From Candidatus Dojkabacteria bacterium (GTDB taxonomy: Bacteria; Patescibacteriota; Dojkabacteria; J137): DNA of 64,000 nucleotides. How positions within the stretch are numbered: the stretch's first letter is position 1; every line of letters begins with the position of its first letter. The translations under genes were made by a program, and so were the position numbers. Below are positions 1 to 9,489 of this stretch, in pieces. The stretch covers positions 20,228 to 84,227 of the forward strand of contig JAUZRK010000003.1 in the NCBI GenBank assembly GCA_030950485.1. The letters run 5' to 3'. The notes beneath the pieces are model-generated. The model was not told where the DNA came from, searched no databases, and was given only the letters and a program-made list of their open reading frames with translations.

Positions 1-441
1 TTTAGTGATAATAGCTGAAGTAATTCCTTTCTTGATTAATTCAGATTTAATCTTATTATCTCCACTTAAACCAAATTCTAATCTTTGTTTAATAAACCAC
101 TCTGTAAATGATTCATCATTAATGTAATTTTTTTCTTTTGATAAATGTATTGCTGTTTTTAACTCTTCTTCACTTAGATTCTGCTTATATCTCAAATAAC
201 CATGTATTTCTTTCTCACTTCTAGGTCTTCTTAAAATTAATGATTGAACCTTAAATATAATCTTGTTTAATGTTGAAGCTTTTTCTAAATCTAACTTTTC
301 TACATTATTTATTTCCTTACCTTTGAATAAAGAAAAATTGATTAGTTGGGTTTTACTTAAACTTATCCAGTATTTTTCATCTAAGAAAATATTTTCATTA
401 TCCAAGTTTCTTTTTTGCTGATTAATTTTAGTAATAATCAT
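1..441 (-). CDS. recX: Regulatory protein RecX (3' end truncated by window edge; not in ORF track)
   Basis: Manual translation from ATG 441: MIITKINQQKRN...ENIFLDEKYW...LILRRPRSEKEIHGYLRYK...NYINDESFTEWFI...GDNKIKSELIKKGI; matches RecX R(P)RSxxE, ND-xx-F and G-xx-KI-xx-EL-xx-KGI motifs. Confidence 0.8.
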   Translation of the reverse strand, partial: MIITKINQQKRNLDNENIFLDEKYWISLSKTQLINFSLFKGKEINNVEKLDLEKASTLNKIIFKVQSLILRRPRSEKEIHGYLRYKQNLSEEELKTAIHLSKEKNYINDESFTEWFIKQRLEFGLSGDNKIKSELIKKGITSAIITK

Positions 442-481
442 AATAAAATACTCACTATTGTTATCATGGGTATTAAAATAT

Positions 482-1132
482 TTATATTATTGAAAAGTTT
501 TCATTCAATTTCTTCTTAAAAGTCAAAGTTAAAGCAGCAAGACTTAAGAAAGTTAATCCAAGAATTAAGTAAAAGTAGTCGCTTATACTAGAAGTACCGC
601 CTGCTGTATTTGGTAAAACTGTTGCACCACCAGCAGTGCTTCCTCCTCCTGTTGTAGTTCCTCCACTTGCAGCAATTGTAAAGGTTGCTGCTGTTCCAGT
701 AACAGTTCTAGCCTCACTTGCAGTGGCATATTCAGTAGCACCTCTATCTATAACTACAGTTCCACTAGCTCCAACTGTACCTGTAATAGTACCTAATAAT
801 TGCCCCTCAGTTATTGCCTCAGTATCTCCATATAAATGGCAAACAGAGTTTGTAGTAAATGAGACATCTCCAACACAGGTTCCTTGACTAACTAACCATC
901 CATTTGAAGCAGTAAATCCGGTTACAGTCATACCACTTATTTGAATATCAAGTTCAATTCCACTTTCACCAGTTTGAGGTGCTGCTAAAACTTGAATATC
1001 GATAGAATCTCCTGGAGTCAATTCTCTACTTGAAGGATTTGTTGTAAATGCATTAGTTTTAGATATAAAAATACTAGATATTAGTAAGAAAGCTAATACA
1101 TAAGTAAAATATTTTATTAGTTTTTTGTCCAT
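482..1132 (-). CDS. Secreted cohesin-like/Ig-fold surface protein with C-terminal LPNTAG + TM + basic tail
   Basis: Signal peptide from likely start MDKKLIK (1132), beta-rich domain with two Cys, G/T linker, LPNTAG, hydrophobic helix, KKK. Confidence 0.6.
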   Translation of the reverse strand: MDKKLIKYFTYVLAFLLISSIFISKTNAFTTNPSSRELTPGDSIDIQVLAAPQTGESGIELDIQISGMTVTGFTASNGWLVSQGTCVGDVSFTTNSVCHLYGDTEAITEGQLLGTITGTVGASGTVVIDRGATEYATASEARTVTGTAATFTIAASGGTTTGGGSTAGGATVLPNTAGGTSSISDYFYLILGLTFLSLAALTLTFKKKLNENFSII

Positions 1133-1286
1133 TAATTTCATAAATAAGTAGGTAAATTTCTCTGGAATATTCTTACATATTTTCGAAGAGAGTACAAAGA
1201 AAAAGTCCACAAAATGGAAATTTACGAGATTAGTTATTTATTGTGAGCTTTAAATGAGAGGGGTTGAATATTAACTAGAATAAAAT

Positions 1287-2843
1287 CTAGTTAACGTATT
1301 TTTCATAACTTCTAGTTGCTTTAAGAGCGCTATACTGTCTAGCTGTATCAATAATCACACTTATAATAATAAGAATGCTTGATCCACCTATACCTGATAG
1401 TAAAGCAATATTTATTCCAGTAGTATACTGTATTAAGTATCTTGATACTAATGGAAGCAATGCGATAAATCCTAAAAATAATCCACCAGCAAAAGATATT
1501 TTTAATAATACATTAGAGATGAATTTTTCAGTAGATGCACCTGGTCTTATACCTGGCATAAATCCGCCTGACTTTTGTAAATTCTCTGCTGCATCTTTAG
1601 GTTTCATTATCACGAATGAATAGAACATTGAGAAAGCTACAATCAAAGTGAAGTAAACTAAAGTATAAATAGAATCTTTACCATCTACTATTCCATCTGA
1701 ATTAGAATATAGAAAACTAGCTTTAACATCGTTAGCAAAATTTATTAACCATGAATCACTATCAGCAAAATTTTCAATTAGTGGAACTATCAGCTGAGGT
1801 GCAGACAATAAAGCTGAACCAAAGATCATAGGCATTACACCAGAAACAGTTAACTTAATTGGAAAATGAGCTCCTTCACCTTCATCTCCTCTTGCTCTTC
1901 TTGCATATTGTATCTTTAATTTTCGTACAGATTCATTAATGAAAACTATAGATATAACAGTCAAAATTGCACCTACAATAATACCAACGAGTATCAATAT
2001 ATCTGAAGTTGTTAGTATAGCAAATGAGCCACTAAGAACTTCACCTATTGCATCTAGAATATTAAGACCTGAAAAGTCATTTCTAATATAACCTGGTAAA
2101 GAAGAAAGTATACCAATAGCAATAATTATTGATGAACCATTTCCTATACCTTTCTCAGTTATTAATTCAGATAACCACATTACAAATAGAGATCCAGCTG
2201 TTAAAATTAAAGCCATGAAAATAACTTTTGCTATTGATGGCCACTGACTTCCATCAGCACTAGATATTAAAAATCTTCCTACATCAGTAGCAGATGATAT
2301 TGAAGTACTTCCTGAAGTTAAATCTCTTCTACTTAGAAACAATATATAGGCTGAAGAATACATAAATGATAAAGGTAATGTAAGATACCTTGTATATTGC
2401 TGTATTCTCTGATTTCCAGTCTGACCTTCCTTTGAAAGCTCATGTAATTTAGGGATAACGGGCGTTAAAAGTTGGATAATAATTGATGCATTAATAAATG
2501 CAGCAATACCTAATCCAACAATACTAGGAGAGTCTAATTGACCTCCAGTAAATAGTGTAAATAGATAGTTTGACTCAGTAGCATTACTAGCGCCAAAAAA
2601 TTCTTGATAGACATCCATGTCAATTCCAGGTAGAGGAATTGTAGCCATAGCTCTAAAAATCATTATAATAAGAATGGTTATACCAACCTTTGCAAATAGT
2701 GATTTATTAGTAAATATTTCTTTAATTACTCGTGTTAGAGGATTTGAGTCCAAACCTTTAGAAATTATAGATAAAGATCCAGAAGACTTTACCTGTTTCT
2801 TAGATTTACTTTGTCTTTTTATCTCTTTATATTTATCAGACAT
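1287..2843 (-). CDS. secY: Preprotein translocase subunit SecY
   Basis: IPLPGID, GIGNGSSIII, AENLQKSGGFMPGIRPG, GGSSILI motifs; end of spc operon. Confidence 0.98.
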   Translation of the reverse strand: MSDKYKEIKRQSKSKKQVKSSGSLSIISKGLDSNPLTRVIKEIFTNKSLFAKVGITILIIMIFRAMATIPLPGIDMDVYQEFFGASNATESNYLFTLFTGGQLDSPSIVGLGIAAFINASIIIQLLTPVIPKLHELSKEGQTGNQRIQQYTRYLTLPLSFMYSSAYILFLSRRDLTSGSTSISSATDVGRFLISSADGSQWPSIAKVIFMALILTAGSLFVMWLSELITEKGIGNGSSIIIAIGILSSLPGYIRNDFSGLNILDAIGEVLSGSFAILTTSDILILVGIIVGAILTVISIVFINESVRKLKIQYARRARGDEGEGAHFPIKLTVSGVMPMIFGSALLSAPQLIVPLIENFADSDSWLINFANDVKASFLYSNSDGIVDGKDSIYTLVYFTLIVAFSMFYSFVIMKPKDAAENLQKSGGFMPGIRPGASTEKFISNVLLKISFAGGLFLGFIALLPLVSRYLIQYTTGINIALLSGIGGSSILIIISVIIDTARQYSALKATRSYEKYVN

Positions 2844-2854
2844 TGTTTATAAAT

Positions 2855-3331
2855 TTATTCAACTTTTCCCCCAGCTTTTTCTATTGCTGTCTTAGCTCTT
2901 TGTGATGTACTAACTCCAACAAATATTAATTTCTTATCAATCTCTTTATCAAATAATACTTTAATATTGTTTGACTTATGAGACTTTAACTTTACTAACT
3001 TTAAATCTATTAGTTTATCTATATCAACTGTATCTCCTTCATTTAAAGCTACTGCTATTTTGCTTAAATTAATTGGAGTATTAAGAACCTTAGAAGTAAA
3101 ATAACCTCTTGTTGTACCTTTATTTGAGATTCCCTTTAAATATGGCACTCTTTTAGAAATTGGATTTTGTCCACCTTCAAATAGTTTACCTGCTTTAACA
3201 TAACCTGTTCTAGAACTTTGTCCCTTATGACCTCCACCAGTAGTGTGACCTCCTTTACCTGAAGATGAACCTCTTCCTCTTTGTACTTTACCGTTAATTG
3301 TTTTTGGTGATTTTAAAGTATTTAATTCCAT
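2855..3331 (-). CDS. rplO: 50S ribosomal protein L15
   Basis: RGRGSSSGKGGHTTGGGHKGQ, FEGGQ, IEKAGG; synteny. Confidence 0.97.
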   Translation of the reverse strand: MELNTLKSPKTINGKVQRGRGSSSGKGGHTTGGGHKGQSSRTGYVKAGKLFEGGQNPISKRVPYLKGISNKGTTRGYFTSKVLNTPINLSKIAVALNEGDTVDIDKLIDLKLVKLKSHKSNNIKVLFDKEIDKKLIFVGVSTSQRAKTAIEKAGGKVE

Positions 3332-3336
3332 TTTGT

Positions 3337-3951
3337 TTATAATTTCTTACCTCTTAATTCGTTTAAAGCTTCTATTGTTGCATAAGCATTGCTTATAGCA
3401 TTATTTGTACCTTGTATCTTACCTAATAAGTCATCAATACCAGCTAGTTCTGCAATAATTCTCATTGATGATCCAGCAACTACTCCAGTTCCTGGTGAAG
3501 CTGGTTTCATTAAAATTTTAGCTGCACCTTTTTTGTAGAAAATATCGTGAGGAATAGTTTTACCTTTTCTCTCTACTGAAATTAACTTTTTCTTTGCATT
3601 TGTTACAGCTTTAGATTGAGCTGATCTTACATCAGCACCTCTTCCTAATCCTATACCTACATTTCCGTTCTTATCTCCGATAGCTACAAAAACACTTAAT
3701 CTCATTCTTCTACCACCTTTAAACATTCTTGTTACTCTTCTAATTTTAATTATCTTAGTTTCAAATTTGTCTTGATTTTTATCTCCTTTATTTTTATCTT
3801 TAAACTTTCTTTGCCTAACTTTCTTTGTATTTCTTCTTTGCTGAGAATAAGAAGTAGAAGATGTAGAACTAGTAGATTTACTTTCTACACTTTCACTCTT
3901 AACCTCAGGTGTTGTTTTCTTCTCTTCTTTTTCTGTTGGTTTATCTGACAT
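3337..3951 (-). CDS. rpsE: 30S ribosomal protein S5 (long N-terminal extension)
   Basis: RVTRMFKGGRRM, PASPGTGVVAG; synteny. Confidence 0.97.
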   Translation of the reverse strand: MSDKPTEKEEKKTTPEVKSESVESKSTSSTSSTSYSQQRRNTKKVRQRKFKDKNKGDKNQDKFETKIIKIRRVTRMFKGGRRMRLSVFVAIGDKNGNVGIGLGRGADVRSAQSKAVTNAKKKLISVERKGKTIPHDIFYKKGAAKILMKPASPGTGVVAGSSMRIIAELAGIDDLLGKIQGTNNAISNAYATIEALNELRGKKL

Positions 3952-3974
3952 TTAATAAAACTTTACTTAAATAA

Positions 3975-4325
3975 TTAGAATTTTATTCCAGCTTCTCTTA
4001 GACCATCTGCAAGAGCACTCACTCTTCCATGATATTTATAACCATTTCTATCAAATACTATTTTATCTATTTTCTTAGCTACCATATCTTTACCTAATTG
4101 CAAACCAACTGCCTTAGCTGACTCAGCTTTTGTACCTGTTTTTGTCTTAAAATCTGATGATGCAGCTAGAGTAATTCTACCACCATCATCTATAGCTTGA
4201 GCTTGTATATGTTTATTTGATCTTTTAACTGTTACTCTTGGTATTAAAGAAGATCCTTCAATATTCTTTCGAACACCTCTCTTTCTTCTTGAATATTTTT
4301 TTTGTTTGTCTATTATTTTACTCAT
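3975..4325 (-). CDS. rplR: 50S ribosomal protein L18
   Basis: RSNKHIQAQ, FDRNGYKYHGRV. Confidence 0.97.
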   Translation of the reverse strand: MSKIIDKQKKYSRRKRGVRKNIEGSSLIPRVTVKRSNKHIQAQAIDDGGRITLAASSDFKTKTGTKAESAKAVGLQLGKDMVAKKIDKIVFDRNGYKYHGRVSALADGLREAGIKF

Positions 4326-4336
4326 AATTTTATTTT

Positions 4337-4897
4337 TTAACCTGCGCTTGCTGATTTAGCGGATTTTCTTCTTATTTGTTCATCAGCATATTTAATACCT
4401 TTACCTTTATATGGTTCTGGTTTTCTGTAAGCTCTTATCTTAGCTGCTATCTCACCTACCTTCTGTTTATCATATCCTTCAACTGTTACTTTAGTTTGAT
4501 CTTCTACTGTTATTGTAATTCCCTCAGGAGGTGTTAATTCAATTTTATGTGAATAACCTACTGAAAAAATAACAGTGTTACCATTTGATTCTGCTCTATA
4601 ACCAATTCCAACTATCTCTAACTTTTTCTTATAGCCTTCACTAACTCCTGTAACCATACCTTCTATAAGTGATCTATATAGTCCATGGTAAGACTTAGTT
4701 TGCTTAGCTTCGTTATCTCTTTCTAATTTAACAGTATCTCCTTCGATTAATATAGAAACTCCTCTTCTAATAGATCTTGATAAAGATCCTTTAGGACCAG
4801 TAACAAAAACTTCTTTATATTCGAAATCTCCACCGTCTTTTACTTCAACTGTTACTCCATTTGGTAATTTTATAGGACTATATCCAACTCTACTCAC
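4337..4897 (-). CDS. rplF: 50S ribosomal protein L6
   Basis: Likely GTG start at 4897 (MSRVG); RKPEPYKGKGIKY. Confidence 0.97.
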   Translation of the reverse strand: MSRVGYSPIKLPNGVTVEVKDGGDFEYKEVFVTGPKGSLSRSIRRGVSILIEGDTVKLERDNEAKQTKSYHGLYRSLIEGMVTGVSEGYKKKLEIVGIGYRAESNGNTVIFSVGYSHKIELTPPEGITITVEDQTKVTVEGYDKQKVGEIAAKIRAYRKPEPYKGKGIKYADEQIRRKSAKSASAG

Positions 4898-4907
4898 TAC
4901 AATTAGT

Positions 4908-5300
4908 TTAATAAATATAACATAAATATTCACCACCGATCTTATTCTTTAATGCTTCGTCACCTGTTACTACTCCTCTTGGTGTTGAGAAGATTGATAT
5001 TCCTTGTCCATTTTTTACTGGTGATATTTCTCTATATCCTCTATATTTTCTTACTCCTGGTTTAGATACTCTTACAAGATCTCTTATAACAGGTTTGTCA
5101 TCTACATATCTTAATTTTACTACAAGAGTACTTTGAGGCTCAGCTTCTACAACCTCTACAGACTCAATGAAATTCTCATCTTTTAAAATGTTTGAAATAG
5201 ATTCTAACATTTTTGTATGAGGAACTTCTAAATAGTCCTTTTTTCTTTGTTGTGCATTTCTTATTCTAGCTAAGAAATCTCCTATTGGGTCTGTTATCAT
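4908..5300 (-). CDS. rpsH: 30S ribosomal protein S8
   Basis: TDPIGDFLARIRNA, SKPGVRKY, STPRG. Confidence 0.97.
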   Translation of the reverse strand: MITDPIGDFLARIRNAQQRKKDYLEVPHTKMLESISNILKDENFIESVEVVEAEPQSTLVVKLRYVDDKPVIRDLVRVSKPGVRKYRGYREISPVKNGQGISIFSTPRGVVTGDEALKNKIGGEYLCYIY

Positions 5301-5327
5301 ACTATAAAATTAAGTTTCTATTATTTA

Positions 5328-5597
5328 TTACCAACTGATCTTTCTTACTCCAGGCATTTTTCCGTCTCTTACTTTATCTCTTAGTGCAATTCTACTCATT
5401 TTAAATCTACCTATATAACCTCTTGCTCTTCCTGTAATCTCACATCTATTTCTATATCGACTAGCTGCTGAATTTCTAGGAAGTTTTAGCAATTTTTCAT
5501 AATCACCTTCAGCTATAAGTTTAGCTCTTTTCTCAGCAAACTGATTTATCAACTTTCTTCTTTTTCTATTCTTTGCAACTGCTGCTTTACTTGCCAT
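5328..5597 (-). CDS. rpsN: 30S ribosomal protein S14 (89-aa, zinc-independent C- type)
   Basis: LPRNS...RNRCEITGRARG...MPGVRKISW; only one Cys. Confidence 0.96.
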   Translation of the reverse strand: MASKAAVAKNRKRRKLINQFAEKRAKLIAEGDYEKLLKLPRNSAASRYRNRCEITGRARGYIGRFKMSRIALRDKVRDGKMPGVRKISW

Positions 5598-5636
5598 TTA
5601 ATCTTATTTTATATTTAATTTATTTACTAGCTTTGT

Positions 5637-5666
5637 ATTATACAAAAAAAACACTTAATTAATCAA
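5637..5666 (-). promoter_or_regulatory. Putative internal sigma70 promoter upstream of rpsN
   Basis: Minus strand TTGATT-18 nt-TATAAT in the rplE-rpsN gap. Confidence 0.45.
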
Positions 5667-5674
5667 ATAATATA

Positions 5675-6232
5675 TTAAGAATTCTTTTTACTTTTCTTAA
5701 AAGGCATTCCTAACATAGATAATAATTCAAATCCTTTTTCATCTGTATCTGCAGATGTTACTATAACTATCTGTAAAGATCTAATTTTTGCTAATTTAGT
5801 AGTATCAATTTCTGGAAAAACTGTATGTTCTCTCATTCCTAAAGTATAATTTCCTCTTTTATCAAAAGAATTTCTAGGAATACCTCTAAAATCTTTTACA
5901 CGAGGTAACGTTACATTTATAAGTTTTGATAAGAAATCCCACATCTTTTTCTTTCTCAAAGTTACTTTAATACCATTTGGCATTCCAGCTCTTAACTTGA
6001 AATTAGAAATTGCTTCTTTTGAATAGGTAACTATAGGTGCTTGACCAGTAATTTCTGATATTACATCTTTCATTTCATCTACTACAGATGAATTTGTATT
6101 AAATTCTTTACCTATACCAGCATTTACAATAATCTTTTCGACTTTTGGCACTGCCATAATATTATTAATATCAAACTTCTTTTGAAGTTCTGTTACTATT
6201 TCTTTTTTGTACTTTTGTTGTAAATCGTTCAT
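5675..6232 (-). CDS. rplE: 50S ribosomal protein L5
   Basis: KIIVNAGIG, ITGQAP, LPRVKDFRG, FPEI. Confidence 0.97.
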   Translation of the reverse strand: MNDLQQKYKKEIVTELQKKFDINNIMAVPKVEKIIVNAGIGKEFNTNSSVVDEMKDVISEITGQAPIVTYSKEAISNFKLRAGMPNGIKVTLRKKKMWDFLSKLINVTLPRVKDFRGIPRNSFDKRGNYTLGMREHTVFPEIDTTKLAKIRSLQIVIVTSADTDEKGFELLSMLGMPFKKSKKNS

Positions 6233-6258
6233 CTTATTAATATGGAACTTATTTATAT

Positions 6259-6594
6259 TTAATCAATTACTTTTCCAGTCTTTTTAGATACTCTTGTTTT
6301 TTTACCTGTCTTTAGATCTACTTTAAAACCTAATCTAATTGGAACTCCTTCTTCTAAATACATTACATTAGAAATGTCTACTGGTTTTTCAAACTCTATT
6401 ATTCCTCCAGGAATATTATAAGCCTGATTTGGCTTTTGAGCTTTTTTAACTATATTAACCCCTTCTATAATGACTTGAGTTTTTTTTACACCATTCTTCT
6501 CTACTTTTTGAACTACTTTTAATATCTTCCCTTCCTTTCCACTATCTTTACCTGACATTACTCTTACTACATCTCCAGTTTTTAATTTTCTCAT
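6259..6594 (-). CDS. rplX: 50S ribosomal protein L24
   Basis: GDVVRVMSGKDSGKEG KOW motif, EGVN, ISNV. Confidence 0.96.
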   Translation of the reverse strand: MRKLKTGDVVRVMSGKDSGKEGKILKVVQKVEKNGVKKTQVIIEGVNIVKKAQKPNQAYNIPGGIIEFEKPVDISNVMYLEEGVPIRLGFKVDLKTGKKTRVSKKTGKVID

Positions 6595-6611
6595 TTTATA
6601 AAAAATTTAAC

Positions 6612-6995
6612 TTATAATACTTCAGGTGATAACGAAATTACCTTATTGAATCCTCTATCTTTTAGTTCTCTAGCTACAGGTCCAAAAATTCTTGTTCCTT
6701 TTGGTTCATTTGTATCTTTATTTATAATTGCTACAGCATTCTCATCAAATCTTATAAGAGAACCATCTTTTCTTTTCACCTCTTTTCTAGTTCTTAATAT
6801 TACAGCATGAGCTACATCTCCCTTCTTGTAATTAGAGTTAGGAAGTACTCTTTTTACTGAACAACTAACAATATCTCCAACTGTTCCAGTCTTTTGAAAA
6901 GTTCTTCCCTTCTTGCTACCTAAAACTTGTATCACAAGTACTTCTTTAGCACCACTATTATCAGCAACTTTTACTCTTGACATTTTTTGAATCAT
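6612..6995 (-). CDS. rplN: 50S ribosomal protein L14
   Basis: [27 protein letters not shown]. Confidence 0.98.
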   Translation of the reverse strand: MIQKMSRVKVADNSGAKEVLVIQVLGSKKGRTFQKTGTVGDIVSCSVKRVLPNSNYKKGDVAHAVILRTRKEVKRKDGSLIRFDENAVAIINKDTNEPKGTRIFGPVARELKDRGFNKVISLSPEVL

Positions 6996-7022
6996 AGTAC
7001 TTTCTTTTAACCTTACTTATAA

Positions 7023-7286
7023 TTAGTCCTTTAAAATAAATGTTTTATTCTTAGATATTGGTTTGCAACTTTCAGCAATCACTGTATCTCCAACTTTTAT
7101 ATTCTCTATCTGTTTATCTGATGCATGAACTAAAAAATTCTTATGCTTTTTTAATATCTTCTCATATAAAGGATGAGCAAACTTAATCTCAACTCTAATT
7201 TTTACAGTATTAGTTGAAGAAATTTTTACTACTTCTCCAGTAACCTCTCTTTTTATAACTTTCTTTTCAGTATTATTTTTAGTCAT
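7023..7286 (-). CDS. rpsQ: 30S ribosomal protein S17
   Basis: HPLYEK, GDTV..ESCKPISK; synteny. Confidence 0.93.
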   Translation of the reverse strand: MTKNNTEKKVIKREVTGEVVKISSTNTVKIRVEIKFAHPLYEKILKKHKNFLVHASDKQIENIKVGDTVIAESCKPISKNKTFILKD

Positions 7287-7291
7287 ATTTA

Positions 7292-7558
7292 TTATTTCTC
7301 TAGATTTAATTTTGTTAATTTTCTAGCTATTTCTCTCTTTAATTTAGTAACTTTAGAAGTATTACTTTCTTCACCTACTACAAGTTTTAATTTAGTTCTC
7401 TGTAATTCTACTTTCAAATCTTCTAACTTCATAGAAGATATATCCTTAACTTTAGCTACCTTTTTAGCAGCTTTAACTTCCTTAACTTCTGTAGCTTTAA
7501 CTTTCTCTACTACTTTCTTATTTGTTTTTGTATTTGTCTTTTTATTAGTTTCAGCCAT
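7292..7558 (-). CDS. rpmC: 50S ribosomal protein L29 with Lys-rich N-terminal extension
   Basis: Between rplP and rpsQ; C-terminal LKREIARKLT. Confidence 0.85.
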   Translation of the reverse strand: MAETNKKTNTKTNKKVVEKVKATEVKEVKAAKKVAKVKDISSMKLEDLKVELQRTKLKLVVGEESNTSKVTKLKREIARKLTKLNLEK

Positions 7559-7559
7559 T

Positions 7560-7964
7560 TTACTTACTAATTACTCTTAATTTTAAAGGGAATTTTTGTG
7601 CAGCTAACTTTAAAGCGTGTTTAGCTACTTCTTCAGTTAAACCTCCTAGCTCGAAAATAACTCTACCTGGCTTAATTACAGCCACATATCTGTCAATTTC
7701 TCCTTTACCTCCACCTCGCTTTACTTCTGAACTTTTTGCTGTTACAGGTTTATGTGGAAACACCTTTAGCCAAGTCTTACCTTTTCTCTTTGTATGTTTT
7801 ACTATAACCTTTCTTGCAGCTTCTAATTGTCTACTAGTTATCCAACCTCTATCGACTGCTTGCAAACCAAAATCTCCATAAGCTAAAGTAGAACCTTTTA
7901 GAGAGATTCCTCTCATTTTACCTCTAAACTCTTTTTTATGTTTTCTCTTTTTAGGCTGTAACAT
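7560..7964 (-). CDS. rplP: 50S ribosomal protein L16
   Basis: MLQPKK, QLEAAR, FPHKP, GGGKG. Confidence 0.98.
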   Translation of the reverse strand: MLQPKKRKHKKEFRGKMRGISLKGSTLAYGDFGLQAVDRGWITSRQLEAARKVIVKHTKRKGKTWLKVFPHKPVTAKSSEVKRGGGKGEIDRYVAVIKPGRVIFELGGLTEEVAKHALKLAAQKFPLKLRVISK

Positions 7965-7974
7965 TTATCGATTT

Positions 7975-8631
7975 TTAATCTAAACTATATTTATTTTTTT
8001 CTCCATTATTTACCCACACTTTAATACCGTGCTTTCCTGCTCCTGGTACTTGAGCCTCAGTAAAAGCATAGTCTACATCAGCTCTTAAAGTATGTCTTGG
8101 TACTTTACCCCAAGTAACTTTTTCTCTTCTTGCCATTTCTGATCCTTTAATTCTTCCTCCAATCCAAATTGAAATACCTTTTATTTTTCCTGACTCCACT
8201 GCCGCTGCTTTTGCTTTCTCAGCTGCAACTTTAGGATTCACTCTTCTTTCGCATTGGAAAGCTATAGACTCCGCTATTAATTTAGCTACTGTTTCAGGTG
8301 ACTTAACTTCAAATATTTTTGGCTCAACTTCTTGTTTAGCAATCTTTGTTAACTTCTCCTTTAATTTTACTATTGCAGTACCTCCTTTACCTATTACTAC
8401 TCCAGGTCTTGCAACACTAATGTCTACTAGGATTTTAGACATTGATCTTTTTATAATAACAGATGCTACGCCAGCTGTTTTCAAATCTTTTTCAATTGCC
8501 TCTCGAATTTTATCATCTGATAAAAAAGTATCTGCAAATTTATGTTTGTCAGTATACCATCTTGATATCCAATTTTTATTAACACCTAATCTGAAAAGAT
8601 TTGGGTGAACTTTGTGTGCTCCTCTTGCCAT
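7975..8631 (-). CDS. rpsC: 30S ribosomal protein S3
   Basis: KVHPNLFRLG, RPGVVIGKGG, PRHTLRADVDY. Confidence 0.97.
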   Translation of the reverse strand: MARGAHKVHPNLFRLGVNKNWISRWYTDKHKFADTFLSDDKIREAIEKDLKTAGVASVIIKRSMSKILVDISVARPGVVIGKGGTAIVKLKEKLTKIAKQEVEPKIFEVKSPETVAKLIAESIAFQCERRVNPKVAAEKAKAAAVESGKIKGISIWIGGRIKGSEMARREKVTWGKVPRHTLRADVDYAFTEAQVPGAGKHGIKVWVNNGEKNKYSLD

Positions 8632-8701
8632 GTTTAGATTATCTTATTTTAAATTGAGCTTTTAATTTTATCAGACAAAATGCTAATTTCCTAATAATAA
8701 A

Positions 8702-9157
8702 TTACTTTTTGTTAGTTTTCTTAGCCTTATCTGTAACTACTTTTGACTTTTTTTTAACTACTTCCTTTTTACTATGAGTTTTAGTGATCTTTTCTTCTTT
8801 TACAGTAGCATTTTCTGCTTCAGTTAAAATATCTACAATAGACACACTAACTGTTGAGAATTCTCTACTTATAGGTTTTACTCTACCTCTAGAACCTGAT
8901 TTATATCTCTTTAATCTTCTAGCTTTATCAACTCTAATCTCTTTAATGTAAAGATGATCAGGGTTTAAGTTATAATTGTTTATAGCATTTGCTCTTGCAC
9001 TAAATAATACTTTATATACATCCTTAGCTGCCTTCTTTGGCATGTACTCTAGTATTGGAAGAGCATCATCAACAGACATTCCTCTTACTACATCTACAGG
9101 AATCTTAACTTTCTGTACAGACCCTTTTATGTTTTTTGCTATTGCTCTTACTTCCAT
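8702..9157 (-). CDS. rplV: 50S ribosomal protein L22
   Basis: SARANAINN, SRGR; Lys-rich C-terminal tail. Confidence 0.95.
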   Translation of the reverse strand: MEVRAIAKNIKGSVQKVKIPVDVVRGMSVDDALPILEYMPKKAAKDVYKVLFSARANAINNYNLNPDHLYIKEIRVDKARRLKRYKSGSRGRVKPISREFSTVSVSIVDILTEAENATVKEEKITKTHSKKEVVKKKSKVVTDKAKKTNKK

Positions 9158-9180
9158 TTTATTAATTATTTATTGTTATA

Positions 9181-9483
9181 TTATGCAGCTCTACCAGTTG
9201 AACCTGTAGCTTTTGCAATCTTTCCTTTCTTACTATGACCATTAAATTTTCTTGTTGGAGAAAATTCACCTAACTTATGACCAACCATTGATTCTGTTAC
9301 AAAAACTTTAATAAAGTATCTTCCATTATGTACCTCGAAAGTTACACCAACCATATCAGGGGATATAGTACAAGCTCTTGACCAAGTTTTTATAGCTTTA
9401 TTACTACCTTCGTCTTTTTGCTTCTTAACTTTTTTTAGCACTCTTGGGTCTATGTAAGGTCCCTTTTTTGAACTTCTTGACAT
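9181..9483 (-). CDS. rpsS: 30S ribosomal protein S19
   Basis: [24 protein letters not shown]. Confidence 0.98.
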   Translation of the reverse strand: MSRSSKKGPYIDPRVLKKVKKQKDEGSNKAIKTWSRACTISPDMVGVTFEVHNGRYFIKVFVTESMVGHKLGEFSPTRKFNGHSKKGKIAKATGSTGRAA

Positions 9484-9489
9484 AATACT

